Part shown: in pieces, positions 43,831 to 58,100 of the stretch | How the letters are laid out: each line of letters starts with the position of its first letter | Numbering within the stretch: position 1 is the stretch's first letter | Made by a program: the position numbers and the translations under genes | Notes under the pieces: generated by a model | What the model was told of the DNA's origin: nothing | Database searches by the model: none | What the model saw: the letters and a program-made list of their open reading frames with translations, nothing else | Assembly: GCA_964016885.1 (NCBI GenBank) | Contig: OZ024744.1 | Span: forward strand, 20,708,001-20,772,000 | DNA from: Eledone cirrhosa | Taxonomy: Eukaryota | DNA: 64,000 nucleotides | Direction of reading: 5' to 3'

Positions 43831-46140
43831 ACCTCGTTTTAACAACAGTTTAATCTTAAGAACTGACTCGTTTTAACAACAGTTGAATCTTAAGACAAAA
43901 CTCGTTTTAACAACAGTTGAATCTTAAGAACTGACTTGTTCTAACAACAGTTCAGCCTTAAGAACTGACTCGTTTTAAAACAGTTGAATCGTTAGAACTG
44001 ACTCGTTTTAACAACAGTTGAATCTTAAAATAAAACTCGTTTTAACAATAGTTGAACCTCAAGAACTGACTCGTTTTAGCAACAGTTGAATCTTAAGATA
44101 ACACTCGTTTTCATAACAGTTGAATCTTAAGAACTGTCTCGTTTTAACAACAGTTGAATTTTAAGATAAACCTCGTTTTGACAATAGTTGAATCTTAAGA
44201 ACTGACTCGTTTAAACAACAGTTAAATCTTCAAATAAAACTCGTTTTAACAACAGTTGAATCTTAAGAACTGACTCGTTTTAACAACAGTTGAATCTTCA
44301 AATAAAACTCGTTTTAACAACAGTTGAATCTTAAGAACTGACTCGTTTTAACAACAGTTGAATGTTAAGATAAAACTCGTTTTAACAATAGTGGAATCTT
44401 AAGAACTGACTCGTTTTAACGACAGTTGAATCTTAAGATAAAACTCGTTTTAACAACAGTTGAATCTTAAGAACTGATTCGTTTTAACAACAGTTCAAAC
44501 TTAAGAAATGACTCGTTTTAACAAAAGTTGAATCTTATGAACTCACTCATTTTAACAACAGTTGAATCTTAAGATAACATTCGTTTTAACAACAGTTGAA
44601 TCTTAAGAACTGATTCGTTTTAACAACAGCTGAATCTTAAGATAAAACTCGTTTTAACAACAGTTGAATCTTAAGAACTGACTCGTTTTAACAACAGCTG
44701 AATCTTAAGATAAAACTCGTTTTAACAACAGTTGAATCTTAAGAACTGACTCGTTTTAACAACAGCTGAATCTTAAGATAAAACTCGTTTTAACAACAGT
44801 TGAATCTTAAGATAAAACTCGTTTTAACAACAGTTGAATCTTAAGAACTGACTCTTTTTAACAACAGTTGAATCTTAAGATAAAACTCGTTTTAACAACA
44901 GTTGAATCTTATGAGCTAACTCATTTTAACAACAGTTGAATCTTAAGTTAAGACTCGTTTTAACAACAGTTGAATCTTAAGAACTGACTCGTTTTAACAA
45001 CAGCTGAATCTTAAGATAAAACTCGTTTTAACAACAGTTGAATCTTAAGAACTGACTCACTTTAACAACAGCTGAATCTTAAGATAAAACTCGTTTTAAC
45101 AACAGTTGAATCTTAAGATAAAACTCGTTTTAACAACAGTTGAATCTTAAGATAAAACTCGTTTTAACAACAGTTGAATCTTATGAGCTAACTCATTTTA
45201 ACAACAGTTGAATCTTAAGTTAAGACTCGTTTTAACAACAGTTGAATCTTAAGAACTGACTCGTTTTAACGACAGCTGAATCTTAAGACAAAACCCGTTT
45301 TAACAACAGTTGAATCTTAAGAACTGTCTCATTTTAACAACAGTTGAATCTTAAGATAAACCTCGTTTTAACAACAGTTTAATCTTAAGAACTGACTCGT
45401 TTTAACAACAGTTGAATCTTAAGACAAAACTCGTTTTAACAACAGTTGAATCTTAAGAACTGACTTGTTCTAACAACAGTTCAGCCTTAAGAACTGACTC
45501 GTTTTAAAACAGTTGAATCGTTAGAACTGACTCGTTTTAACAACAGTTGAATCTTAAAATAAAACTCGTTTTAACAATAGTTGAACCTCAAGAACTGACT
45601 CGTTTTAGCAACAGTTGAATCTTAAGATAACACTCGTTTTCATAACAGTTGAATCTTAAGAACTGTCTCGTTTTAAGAACAGTTGAATTTTAAGATAAAC
45701 CTCGTTTTGACAATAGTTGAATCTTAAGAACTGACTCGTTTAAACAACAGTTAAATCTTCAAATAAAACTCGTTTTAACAACAGTTGAATCTTAAGAACT
45801 GACTCGTTTTAACAACAGTTGAATCTTCAAATAAAACTCGTTTTAACAACAGTTGAATCTTAAGAACTGACTCGTTTTAACAACAGTTGAATGTTAAGAT
45901 AAAACTCGTTTTAACAATAGTGGAATCTTAAGAACTGACTCGTTTTAACGACAGTTGAATCTTAAGATAAAACTCGTTTTAACAACAGTTGAATCTTAAG
46001 AACTGATTCGTTTTAACAACAGTTCAAACTTAAGAAATGACTCGTTTTAACAAAAGTTGAATCTTATGAACTCACTCATTTTAACAACAGTTGAATCTTA
46101 AGATAACATTCGTTTTAACAACAGTTGAATCTTAAGAACT
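43150..46140 (+). repeat. Tandem duplication with 1529-bp period (45 monomers minus 1 bp); repeated again at about 55.1-58.1 kb
   Basis: gttgaacctcaag 44051/45580 and cgtttaaacaaca 44208/45737. Confidence 0.85.
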
Positions 46141-46979
46141 GATTCTTTTTAACAACAGTTGAATCTTAAGATAAAACTCGTTTTAACAACACTTGAATCT
46201 TAAGAACGGACTCGTTTTAACAACACCTGAATCTTAAGATAAAACTCGTTTTAACAACAGTTGAATCTTAAGAACTGATTCGTTTTAACAACAGTTCAAA
46301 CTTAAGAACTGACTCGTTTTAACAACAGTTGAATCTTATGAACTGACTCATTTTAACAACAGTTGAATCTTAAGATAACATTCGTTTTAACAACAATTGA
46401 ATCTTAAGAACTGACTCGTTTTAACAACAGTTGAATCTTAAAGATAAAACTCGTTTCGACAACAGTTGAATCTTAAGAACTGACTCGTTTTAACAACAGC
46501 TGAATCTTAAGATAAAACTCGTTTTAACAACAGTTGAATCTTAAGATAAAACTCGTTTTAACAACAGTTGAATCTTAAGAACTGACTCGTTTTAACGACA
46601 GCTGAATCTTAAGATAAAACTCGTTTTAACAACAGTTCAAACTTAAGAAATGACTCGTTTTAACAACAGTTGAATCTTATGAACTGACTCATTTTAACAA
46701 CAGTTAAATCTTAAGAACTGATTCGTTTTAACAACAGCTGAATCTTAAGATAAAACTCGTTTTAAAAACAGTTGAATCTTAAGAACTGACTCGTTTTAAC
46801 AACAGCTGAATCTTAAGATAAAACTCGTTTTAACAACAGTTGAATCTTAAGAACTGACTCGTTTTAACAACAGCTGAATCTTAAGATAAAACTCGTTTTA
46901 ACAACAGTTGAATCTTAAGATAAAACTCGTTTTAACAACAGTTGAATCTTAAGAACTGACTCTTTTTAACAACAGTTGA

Positions 46980-49110
46980 ATCTTAAGATAAAACTCGTTT
47001 TAACAACAGTTGAATCTTATGAGCTAACTCATTTTAACAACAGTTGAATCTTAAGTTAAGACTCGTTTTAACAACAGTTGAATCTTAAGAACTGACTCGT
47101 TTTAACGACAGCTGAATCTTAAGATAAAACTCATCTTAACAACAGTTGGATCTTAAGACCTGACTCGTTTTAACAACGGTTGAATCTTACGATAAAACTC
47201 GTTTTAACAACAGTTGAATCTTATGAACTAACTCATTTTAACAACAGTTGAATCTTAAGTTAAGACTCGTTATAACAACAGTTGAATCTTAAGAAATTAC
47301 TCGTTTTAACAACAGTTGAATATTAAGACAAAACCCGTTTTAACAACAGTTGAATCTTAAGAACTGTCTCGTTTTAACAACAGTTGAATCTTAAGATAAA
47401 CCTCGTTTTAACGACAGTTTAATCTTAAGAACTGACTCGTTTTAACAACAGTTGAATCTTAAGACAAAACTCGTTTTAACAACAGTTGAATCTTAAGAAT
47501 TGACTTGTTCTAACAACAGTTCAGCCTTAAGAACTGACTCGTTTTAAAACAGTTGAATCTTTAGAACTGACTCGTTTTAACAACAGTTGAATCTTAAAAT
47601 AAAACTCGTTTTAACAATAGTTGAAACTCAAGAACTGACTCGTTTTAGCAACAGTTGAATCTTAAGATAACACTCGTTTTCATAACAGTTGAATCTTAAG
47701 AACTGTCTCGTTTTAACAACAGTTGAATTTTAAGATAAACCTCGTTTTGACAACAGTTGAATCTTAAGAACTGAGTCGTTTTAACAACAGGTAAATCTTA
47801 ATAACTGACTCGTTTTAACAACAGCTGAATCTTAAGATAAAACTCGTTTTAACAACAGTTGAATCTTAAGAACTGACTCGTTTTAACAACAGTTGAATCT
47901 TCAAATAAAACTCGTTTTAACAACAGTTGAATCTTAAGAACTGACTCGTTTTAACAACAGCTGAATCTTAAGATAAAACTCGTTTTAACAATAGTTGAAT
48001 CTTAAGAACTGACTCGTTTTAACAACAGCTGAATCTTAAGATAAAACTCGTTTTAACAACAGTTGAATCTTAAGATAAAACTCGTTTTAACAACAGTTGA
48101 ATCTTAAGTACTGACTCGTTTTAACAACAGTTGAATCTTAAGATAAAACTCGTTTTAACAACAGTTGAATCTTATGAGCTAACTCATTTTAACAACAGTT
48201 GAATCTTAAGTTAAGACTCGTTTTAACAACAGTTGAATCTTAAGAACTGACTCGTTTTAACGACAGCTGAATCTTAAGATAAAACTCATCTTAACAACAG
48301 TTGGATCTTAAGAACTGACTCGTTTTAACAACGGTTGAATCTTACGATAAAACTCGTTTTAACAACAGTTGAATCTTATGAACTAACTCATTTTAACAAC
48401 AGTTGAATCTTAAGTTAAGACTCGTTATAACAACAGTTGAATCTTAAGAAATTACTCGTTTTAACAACAGTTGAATATTAAGACAAAACCCGTTTTAACA
48501 ACAGTTGAATCTTAAGAACTGTCTCGTTTTAACAACAGTTGAATCTTAAGATAAACCTCGTTTTAACGACAGTTTAATCTTAAGAACTGACTCGTTTTAA
48601 CAACAGTTGAATCTTAAGACAAAACTCGTTTTAACAACAGTTGAATCTTAAGAACTGACTTGTTCTAACAACAGTTCAGCCTTAAGAACTGACTCGTTTT
48701 AAAACAGTTGAATCTTTAGAACTGACTCGTTTTAACAACAGTTGAATCTTAAAATAAAACTCGTTTTAACAATAGTTGAATCTCAAGAACTGACTCGTTT
48801 TAGCAACAGTTGAATCTTAAGATAACACTCGTTTTCATAACAGTTGAATCTTAAGAACTGTCTCGTTTTAACAACAGTTGAATTTTAAGATAAACCTCGT
48901 TTTGACAACAGTTGAATCTTAAGAACTGAGTCGTTTTAACAACAGTTAAATCTTAATAACTGACTCGTTTTAACAACAGCTGAATCTTAAGATAAAACTC
49001 GTTTTAACAACAGTTGAATCTTAAGAACTGACTCGTTTTAACAACAGTTGAATCTTCAAATAAAACTCGTTTTAACAACAGTTGAATCTTAAGAACTGAC
49101 TCGTTTTAAC
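46980..49110 (+). repeat. Tandem duplication with 1155-bp period (34 monomers minus 1 bp); repeated again at about 59.0-61.1 kb
   Basis: tcatcttaacaacagttggatc 47131/48286, plus paired cttacgata, aagaaattac and ctgagtcg markers. Confidence 0.87.
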
Positions 49111-52100
49111 AACAGTTGAATGTTAAGATAAAACTCGTTTTAACAATAGTGGAATCTTAAGAACTGACTCGTTTTAACAACAGTTGAATCTTAAGATAAA
49201 ACTCGTTTTAACAACAGTTGAATCTTAAGAACTGACTCGTTTTAACAACAGCTGAATCTTAAGATAAAACTCGTTTTAACAACAGTTCAAACTTAAGAAA
49301 TGACTCGTTTTAACAAAAGTTGAATCTTATGAACTCACTCATTTTAACACAGTTGAATCTTAAGATAACATTCGTTTTAACAACAGTTGAATCTTAAGAA
49401 CTGATTCGTTTTAACAACAGTTGAATCTTAAGATAAAACTCGTTTTAACAACACTTGAATCTTAAGAACGGACTCGTTTTAACAACACCTGAATCTTAAG
49501 ATAAAACTCGTTTTAACAACAGTTGAATCTTAAGAACTGATTCGTTTTAACAACAGTTCAAACTTAAGAACTGACTCGTTTTAACAACAGTTGAATCTTA
49601 TGAACTGACTCATTTTAACAACAGTTGAATCTTAAGATAACATTCGTTTTAACAACAGTTGAATCTTAAGAACTGACTCGTTTTAACAACAGCTGAATCT
49701 TAAGATAAAACTCGTTTTAACAACAGTTGAATCTTAAGATAAAACTCGTTTTAACAACAGTTGAATCTTAAGAACTGACTCGTTTTAACGACAGCTGAAT
49801 CTTAAGATAAAACTCGTTTTAACAACAGTTGAATCTTATGAACTGACTCATTTTAACAACAGTTGAATCTTAAGAACTGATTCGTTTTAACAACAGCTGA
49901 ATCTTAAGATATAACTCGTTTTAACAACAGTTGAATCTTAAGAACTGACTCGTTTTAACAACAGCTGAATCTTAAGATAAAACTCGTTTTAACAACAGTT
50001 GAATCTTAAGATAAAACTCGTTTTAACAACAGTTGAATCTTATGAGCTAACTCATTTTAACAACAGTTGAATCTTAAGTTAAGACTCGTTTTAACAACAG
50101 TTGAATCTTAAGAACTGAATCGTTTTAACAACAGCTGAATCTTAAGATAAAACTCGTTTTAACAACAGTTGAATCTTAAGAACTGACTCGTTTTAACAAC
50201 AGCTGAATCTTAAGATAAAACTCGTTTTAACAACAGTTGAATCTTAAGATAAAACTCGTTTTAACAACAGTTGAATCTTAAGATAAAACTCGTTTTAACA
50301 ACAGTTGAATCTTATGAGCTAACTCATTTTAACAACAGTTGAATCGTAAGTTAAGACTCGTTTTAACAACTGTTGAATCTTAAGAACTGACTCGTTTTAA
50401 CGACAGCTGAATCTTATGACAAAACCCGTTTTAACAACAGTTGAATCTTAAGAACTGTCTCGTTTTAACAACAGTTGAATCTTAAAGATAAACCTCGTTT
50501 TAACAACAGTTTAATCTTAAGAACTGACTCGTTTTAACAACAGTTGAATCTTAAGAACTGACTTGTTCTAACAACAGTTCAGCCTTAAGAACTGACTCGT
50601 TTTAAAACAGTTGAATCGTTAGAACTGACTCGTTTTAACAACAGTTGAATCTTAAAAGAAAACTCGTTTTAACAATAGTTGAATCTGAAGAACTGACTCG
50701 TTTTAGCAACAGTTGAATCTTAAGATAACACTCGTTTTCATAACAGTTGAATCTTAAGAACTGTCTCGTTTAACAACAGTTGAATTTTAAGATAAACCTA
50801 GTTTTGACAACAGTTGAATCTTAAGAACTGACTCGTTTTAACAACAGCTGAATCTTAAGATAAAACTCGTTTTGACAATAGTTGAATCTTAAGAACTGAC
50901 TCGTTTTAACAACAGTTGAATCTTAAGATAAAACTCGTTTTAACAACTGTTGAATCTTAAGAACTGACTCGTTTTAACAACAGCTGAATCTTAAGATAAA
51001 ACTCGTTTTAACAACAGTTCAAACTTAAGAAATGACTCGTTTTAACAAAAGTTGAATCTTATGAACTCACTCGTTTTAACAACAGTTGAATCTTAAGAAC
51101 TGATTCGTTTTAACAACAGCTGAATCTTAAGATAAAACTCGTTTTAACAACAGTTCAAACTTAAGAAATGACTCGTTTTAACAAAAGTTGAATCTTATGA
51201 ACTCACTCGTTTTAACAACAGTTGAATCTTAAGAACGGACTCGTTTTAACAACACCTGAATCTTAAGATAAAACTCGTTTTAACAACAGTTGAATCTTAA
51301 GAACTGATTCGTTTTAACAATAGTTCAAACTTAAGAACTGACTCGTTTTAACAACAGTTGAATCTTATGAACTGACTCATTTTAACAACAGTTGAATCTT
51401 AAGATAACATTCGTTTTAACAACAGTTGAATCTTAAGAACTGACTCGTTTTAACAACAGTTGAATCTTAAAGATAAAACTCGTTTCGACAACAGTTGAAT
51501 CTAAAGAACTGACTCGTTTTAACGACAGCTGAATCTTAAGATAAAACTCGTTTTAACAACAGTTGAATCTTAAGATAAAACTCGTTTTAACAACAGTTGA
51601 ATCTTAAGAACTGACTCGTTTTAACGACAGCTGAATCTTAAGATAAAACTCGTTTTAACAACAGTTCAAACTTAATAAATGACTCGTTTTAACAACAGTT
51701 GAATCTTCTGAACTGACTCATTTTAACAACAGTTGAATCTTAAGAACTGATTCGTTTTAACAACAGCTGAATCTTAAGATAAAACTCGTTTTAACAACAG
51801 TTGAATCTTAAGAACTGACTCGTTTTAACAACAGCTGAATCTTAAGATAAAACTCGTTTTAACAACAGTTGAATCTTAAGAACTGACTCGTTTTAACAAC
51901 AGCTGAATCTTAAGATAAAACTCGTTTTAACAACAGTTGAATCTTAAGATAAAACTCGTTTTAACAACAGTTGAATCTTAAGAACTGACTCTTTTTAAGA
52001 ACAGTTGAATCTTAAGATAAAACTTGTTTTAACAACAGTTGAATCTTAAGAGCTAACTCATTTTAACAACAGTTGAATCTTAAGTTAAGACTCGTTTTAA

Positions 52101-55100
52101 CAACAGTTGAATCTTAAGAACTGACTCGTTTTAACAACAGCTGAATCTTAAGATAAAACTCGTTTTAACAACAGTTGAATCTTAAGAACTGACTCGTTTT
52201 AACAACAGCTGAATCTTAAGATAAAACTCGTTTTAACAACAGTTGAATCTTAAGATAAAACTCGTTTTAACAACAGTTGAATCTTAAGTACTGACTCGTT
52301 TTAACAACAGTTGAATCTTAAGATAAAACTCGTTTTAACAACAGTTGAATCTTATGAGCTAACTCATTTTAACAACAGTTGAATCTTAAGTTAAGACTCG
52401 TTTTAACAACAGTTGAATCTTAAGAACTGACTCGTTTTAACGACAGCTGAATCTTAAGACAAAACCCGTTTTAACAACAGTTGAATCTTAAGAACTGTCT
52501 CGTTTTAACAACAGTTGAATCTTAAGATAAACCTCGTTTTAACAACAGTTTAATCTTAAGAACTGACTCGTTTTAACAACAGTTGAATCTTAAGACAAAA
52601 CTCGTTTTAACAACAGTTGAATCTTAAGAACTGACTTGTTCTAACAACAGTTCAGCCTTAAGAACTGACTCGTTTTAAAACAGTTGAATCGTTAGAACTG
52701 ACTCGTTTTAACAACAGTTGAATCTTAAAATAAAACTCGTTTTAACAATAGTTGAATCTCAAGAACTGACTCGTTTTAGCAACACTTGAATTTTAAGATA
52801 ACACTCGTTTTCATAACAGTTGAATCTTAAGAACTGTCTCGTTTTAACAACAGTTGAATTTTAAGATAAACCTCGTTTTAACAACAGCTGAATCTTAAGA
52901 TAAAACTCGTTTTAACAACAGTTCAAACTTAAGAAATGACTCGTTTTAACAAAAGTTGAATCTTATGAACTCACTCATTTTAACAACAGTTGAATCTTAA
53001 GATAACATTCGTTTTAACAACAGTTGAATCTTAAGAACTGATTCGTTTTAACAACAGTTGAATCTTAAGATAAAACTCGTTTTAACAACAGTTGAATCTT
53101 AAGAACGGACTCGTTTTAACAACACCTGAATCTTAAGCTAAAAATCGTTTTAACAACAGTTGAATCTTAAGAACTGATTCGTTTTAACAACAGTTCAAAC
53201 TTAAGATAAAACTCGTTTTAACAACAGCTGAATCTTCAGACAAAACTCGTTTTAACAACAGTTCAAACTTAAGAAATGACTCGTTTTCACAACAGTTGAA
53301 TCTTATGAACTGACTCATTTTAACAACAGTTGAATCTTAAGAACTGATTCGTTTTAACAACAGTTGAATCTTAAGATAAAACTCGTTTTAACAACAGTTG
53401 AATCTTAAGATAAAACTCGTTTTAACAACAGTTGAATCTTAAGAACTGACTCGTTTTAACAACAGTTGAATCTTAAGATAAAACTCGTTTTAACAACAGT
53501 TGAATCTTATGAGCTAACTCATTTTAACAACAGTTGAATCTTAAGTTAAGACTCGTTTTAACAACAGTTGAATCTTAAGAACTGACTCGTTTTAACAACA
53601 GCTGAATCTTAATATAAAACTCGTTTTAACAACAGTTGAATATTAAGAACTTACTCGTTTTAACAACAGCTGAATCTTAAGATAAAACTCGTTTTAACAA
53701 CAGTTGAATCTTAAGATAAAACTCGTTTTAACAACAGTTGAATCTTAAGTACTGACTTGTTTTAACAACAGTTGAATCTTAAGATAAAACTCGTTTTAAC
53801 AACAGTTGAATCTTAAGATAAAACTCGTTTTAACAACAGTTGAATCTTATGAAGTAACTCATTTTAACAACAGTTGAATCCTAAGTTAAGACTCGTTTTA
53901 ACAACAGTTGAATCTTTAAATAAAACACGTTTTAACAACAGTTGAATCTTAAGAACTGACTCGTTTTAACAACAGTTGAATCTTAAGATAAAACTCGTTT
54001 TAACAACAGTTGAATCTTATGAGCTAACTCATTTTAACAACAGTTGAATCTTAAGTTAAGACTCGTTTTAACAACAGTTGAATCTTAAGAACTGACTCGT
54101 TTTAACGACAGCTGAATCTTAAGACAAAACCCGTTTTAACAACAGTTGAATCTTAAGAACTGTCTCGTTTTAACAACAGTTGAATCTTAAGATAAACCTC
54201 GTTTTAACAACAGTTTAATCTTAAGAACTGACTCGTTTTAACAACAGTTGAATCTTAAAATAAAACTCGTTTTAACAATAGTTGAATCTCAAGAACTGAC
54301 TCGTTTTAGCAACAGTTGAATCTTAAGATAACACTCGTTTTCATAACAGTTGAATCTTAAGAACTGTCTCGTTTTAACAACAGTTGAATTTTAAGATAAA
54401 CCTCGTTTTGACAACAGTTGAATCTTAAGAACTGAGTCGTTTTAACAACAGTTAAATCTTAATAACTGACTCGTTTTAACAACAGCTGAATCTTAAGATA
54501 AAACTCGTTTTAACAACAGTTGAATCTTAAGAACTGACTCGTTTTAACAACAGTTGAATGTTAAGATAAAACTCGTTTTAACAATAGTGGAATCTTAAGA
54601 ACTGACTCGTTTTAACAACAGTTGAATCTTAAGATAAAACTCGTTTTAACAACACGTGAATCTTAAGAACGGACTCGTTTTAACAACACCTGAATCTTAA
54701 GATAAAACTCGTTTTAACAACAGTTGAATCTTAAGAACTGATTCGTTTTAACAACAGTTCAAACTTAAGAACTGACTCGTTTTAACAACAGTTGAATCTT
54801 ATGAACTGACTCATTTTAACAACAGTTGAATCTTAAGATAACATTCGTTTTAACAACAGTTGAATCTTAAGAACTGACTCGTTTTAACAACAGTTGAATC
54901 TTAAAGATAAAACTCGTTTCGACAACAGTTGAATCTTAAGAACTGACTCGTTTTAACAACAGCTGAATCTTAAGATAAAACTCGTTTTAACAACAGTTGA
55001 ATCTTAAGATAAAACTCGTTTTAACAACAGTTGAATCTTATGAACTGACTCATTTTAACAACAGTTGAATCTTAAGAACTGATTCGTTTTAACAACAGCT

Positions 55101-58100
55101 GAATCTTAAGATAAAACTCGTTTTAACAACAGTTGAATCTTAAGAACTGACTCGTTTTAACAACAGCTGAATCTTAAGATAAAACTCGTTTTAACAACAG
55201 TTGAATCTTAAGAACTGACTCGTTTTAACAACAGCTGAATCTTAAGATAAAACTCGTTTTAACAACAGTTGAATCTTAAGATAAAACTCGTTTTAACAAC
55301 AGTTGAATCTTAAGAACTGACTCTTTTTAACAACAGTTGAATCTTAAGATAAAACTCGTTTTAACAACAGTTGAATCTTATGAGCTAACTCATTTTAACA
55401 ACAGTTGAATCTTAAGTTAAGACTCGTTTTAACAACAGTTGAATCTTAAGAACTGACTCGTTTTAACAACAGCTGAATCTTAAGATAAAACTCGTTTTAA
55501 CAACAGTTGAATCTTAAGAACTGACTCGCTTTAACAACAGCTGAATCTTAAGATAAAACTCGTTTTAACAACAGTTGAATCTTAAGATAAAACTCGTTTT
55601 AACAACAGTTGAATCTTAAGATAAAACTCGTTTTAACAACAGTTGAATCTTATGAGCTAACTCATTTTAACAACAGTTGAATCTTAAGTTAAGACTCGTT
55701 TTAACAACAGTTGAATCTTAAGAACTGACTCGTTTTAACGACAGCTGAATCTTAAGACAAAACCCGTTTTAACAACAGTTGAATCTTAAGAACTGTCTCG
55801 TTTTAACAACAGTTGAATCTTAAGATAAACCTCGTTTTAACAACAGTTTAATCTTAAGAACTGACTCGTTTTAACAACAGTTGAATCTTAAGACAAAACT
55901 CGTTTTAACAACAGTTGAATCTTAAGAACTGACTTGTTCTAACAACAGTTCAGCCTTAAGAACTGACTCGTTTTAAAACAGTTGAATCGTTAGAACTGAC
56001 TCGTTTTAACAACAGTTGAATCTTAAAATAAAACTCGTTTTAACAATAGTTGAACCTCAAGAACTGACTCGTTTTAGCAACAGTTGAATCTTAAGATAAC
56101 ACTCGTTTTCATAACAGTTGAATCTTAAGAACTGTCTCGTTTTAACAACAGTTGAATTTTAAGATAAACCTCGTTTTGACAATAGTTGAATCTTAAGAAC
56201 TGACTCGTTTAAACAACAGTTAAATCTTCAAATAAAACTCGTTTTAACAACAGTTGAATCTTAAGAACTGACTCGTTTTAACAACAGTTGAATCTTCAAA
56301 TAAAACTCGTTTTAACAACAGTTGAATCTTAAGAACTGACTCGTTTTAACAACAGTTGAATGTTAAGATAAAACTCGTTTTAACAATAGTGGAATCTTAA
56401 GAACTGACTCGTTTTAACGACAGTTGAATCTTAAGATAAAACTCGTTTTAACAACAGTTGAATCTTAAGAACTGATTCGTTTTAACAACAGTTCAAACTT
56501 AAGAAATGACTCGTTTTAACAAAAGTTGAATCTTATGAACTCACTCATTTTAACAACAGTTGAATCTTAAGATAACATTCGTTTTAACAACAGTTGAATC
56601 TTAAGAACTGATTCGTTTTAACAACAGCTGAATCTTAAGATAAAACTCGTTTTAACAACAGTTGAATCTTAAGAACTGACTCGTTTTAACAACAGCTGAA
56701 TCTTAAGATAAAACTCGTTTTAACAACAGTTGAATCTTAAGAACTGACTCGTTTTAACAACAGCTGAATCTTAAGATAAAACTCGTTTTAACAACAGTTG
56801 AATCTTAAGATAAAACTCGTTTTAACAACAGTTGAATCTTAAGAACTGACTCTTTTTAACAACAGTTGAATCTTAAGATAAAACTCGTTTTAACAACAGT
56901 TGAATCTTATGAGCTAACTCATTTTAACAACAGTTGAATCTTAAGTTAAGACTCGTTTTAACAACAGTTGAATCTTAAGAACTGACTCGTTTTAACAACA
57001 GCTGAATCTTAAGATAAAACTCGTTTTAACAACAGTTGAATCTTAAGAACTGACTCGCTTTAACAACAGCTGAATCTTAAGATAAAACTCGTTTTAACAA
57101 CAGTTGAATCTTAAGATAAAACTCGTTTTAACAACAGTTGAATCTTAAGATAAAACTCGTTTTAACAACAGTTGAATCTTATGAGCTAACTCATTTTAAC
57201 AACAGTTGAATCTTAAGTTAAGACTCGTTTTAACAACAGTTGAATCTTAAGAACTGACTCGTTTTAACGACAGCTGAATCTTAAGACAAAACCCGTTTTA
57301 ACAACAGTTGAATCTTAAGAACTGTCTCATTTTAACAACAGTTGAATCTTAAGATAAACCTCGTTTTAACAACAGTTTAATCTTAAGAACTGACTCGTTT
57401 TAACAACAGTTGAATCTTAAGACAAAACTCGTTTTAACAACAGTTGAATCTTAAGAACTGACTTGTTCTAACAACAGTTCAGCCTTAAGAACTGACTCGT
57501 TTTAAAACAGTTGAATCGTTAGAACTGACTCGTTTTAACAACAGTTGAATCTTAAAATAAAACTCGTTTTAACAATAGTTGAACCTCAAGAACTGACTCG
57601 TTTTAGCAACAGTTGAATCTTAAGATAACACTCGTTTTCATAACAGTTGAATCTTAAGAACTGTCTCGTTTTAAGAACAGTTGAATTTTAAGATAAACCT
57701 CGTTTTGACAATAGTTGAATCTTAAGAACTGACTCGTTTAAACAACAGTTAAATCTTCAAATAAAACTCGTTTTAACAACAGTTGAATCTTAAGAACTGA
57801 CTCGTTTTAACAACAGTTGAATCTTCAAATAAAACTCGTTTTAACAACAGTTGAATCTTAAGAACTGACTCGTTTTAACAACAGTTGAATGTTAAGATAA
57901 AACTCGTTTTAACAATAGTGGAATCTTAAGAACTGACTCGTTTTAACGACAGTTGAATCTTAAGATAAAACTCGTTTTAACAACAGTTGAATCTTAAGAA
58001 CTGATTCGTTTTAACAACAGTTCAAACTTAAGAAATGACTCGTTTTAACAAAAGTTGAATCTTATGAACTCACTCATTTTAACAACAGTTGAATCTTAAG

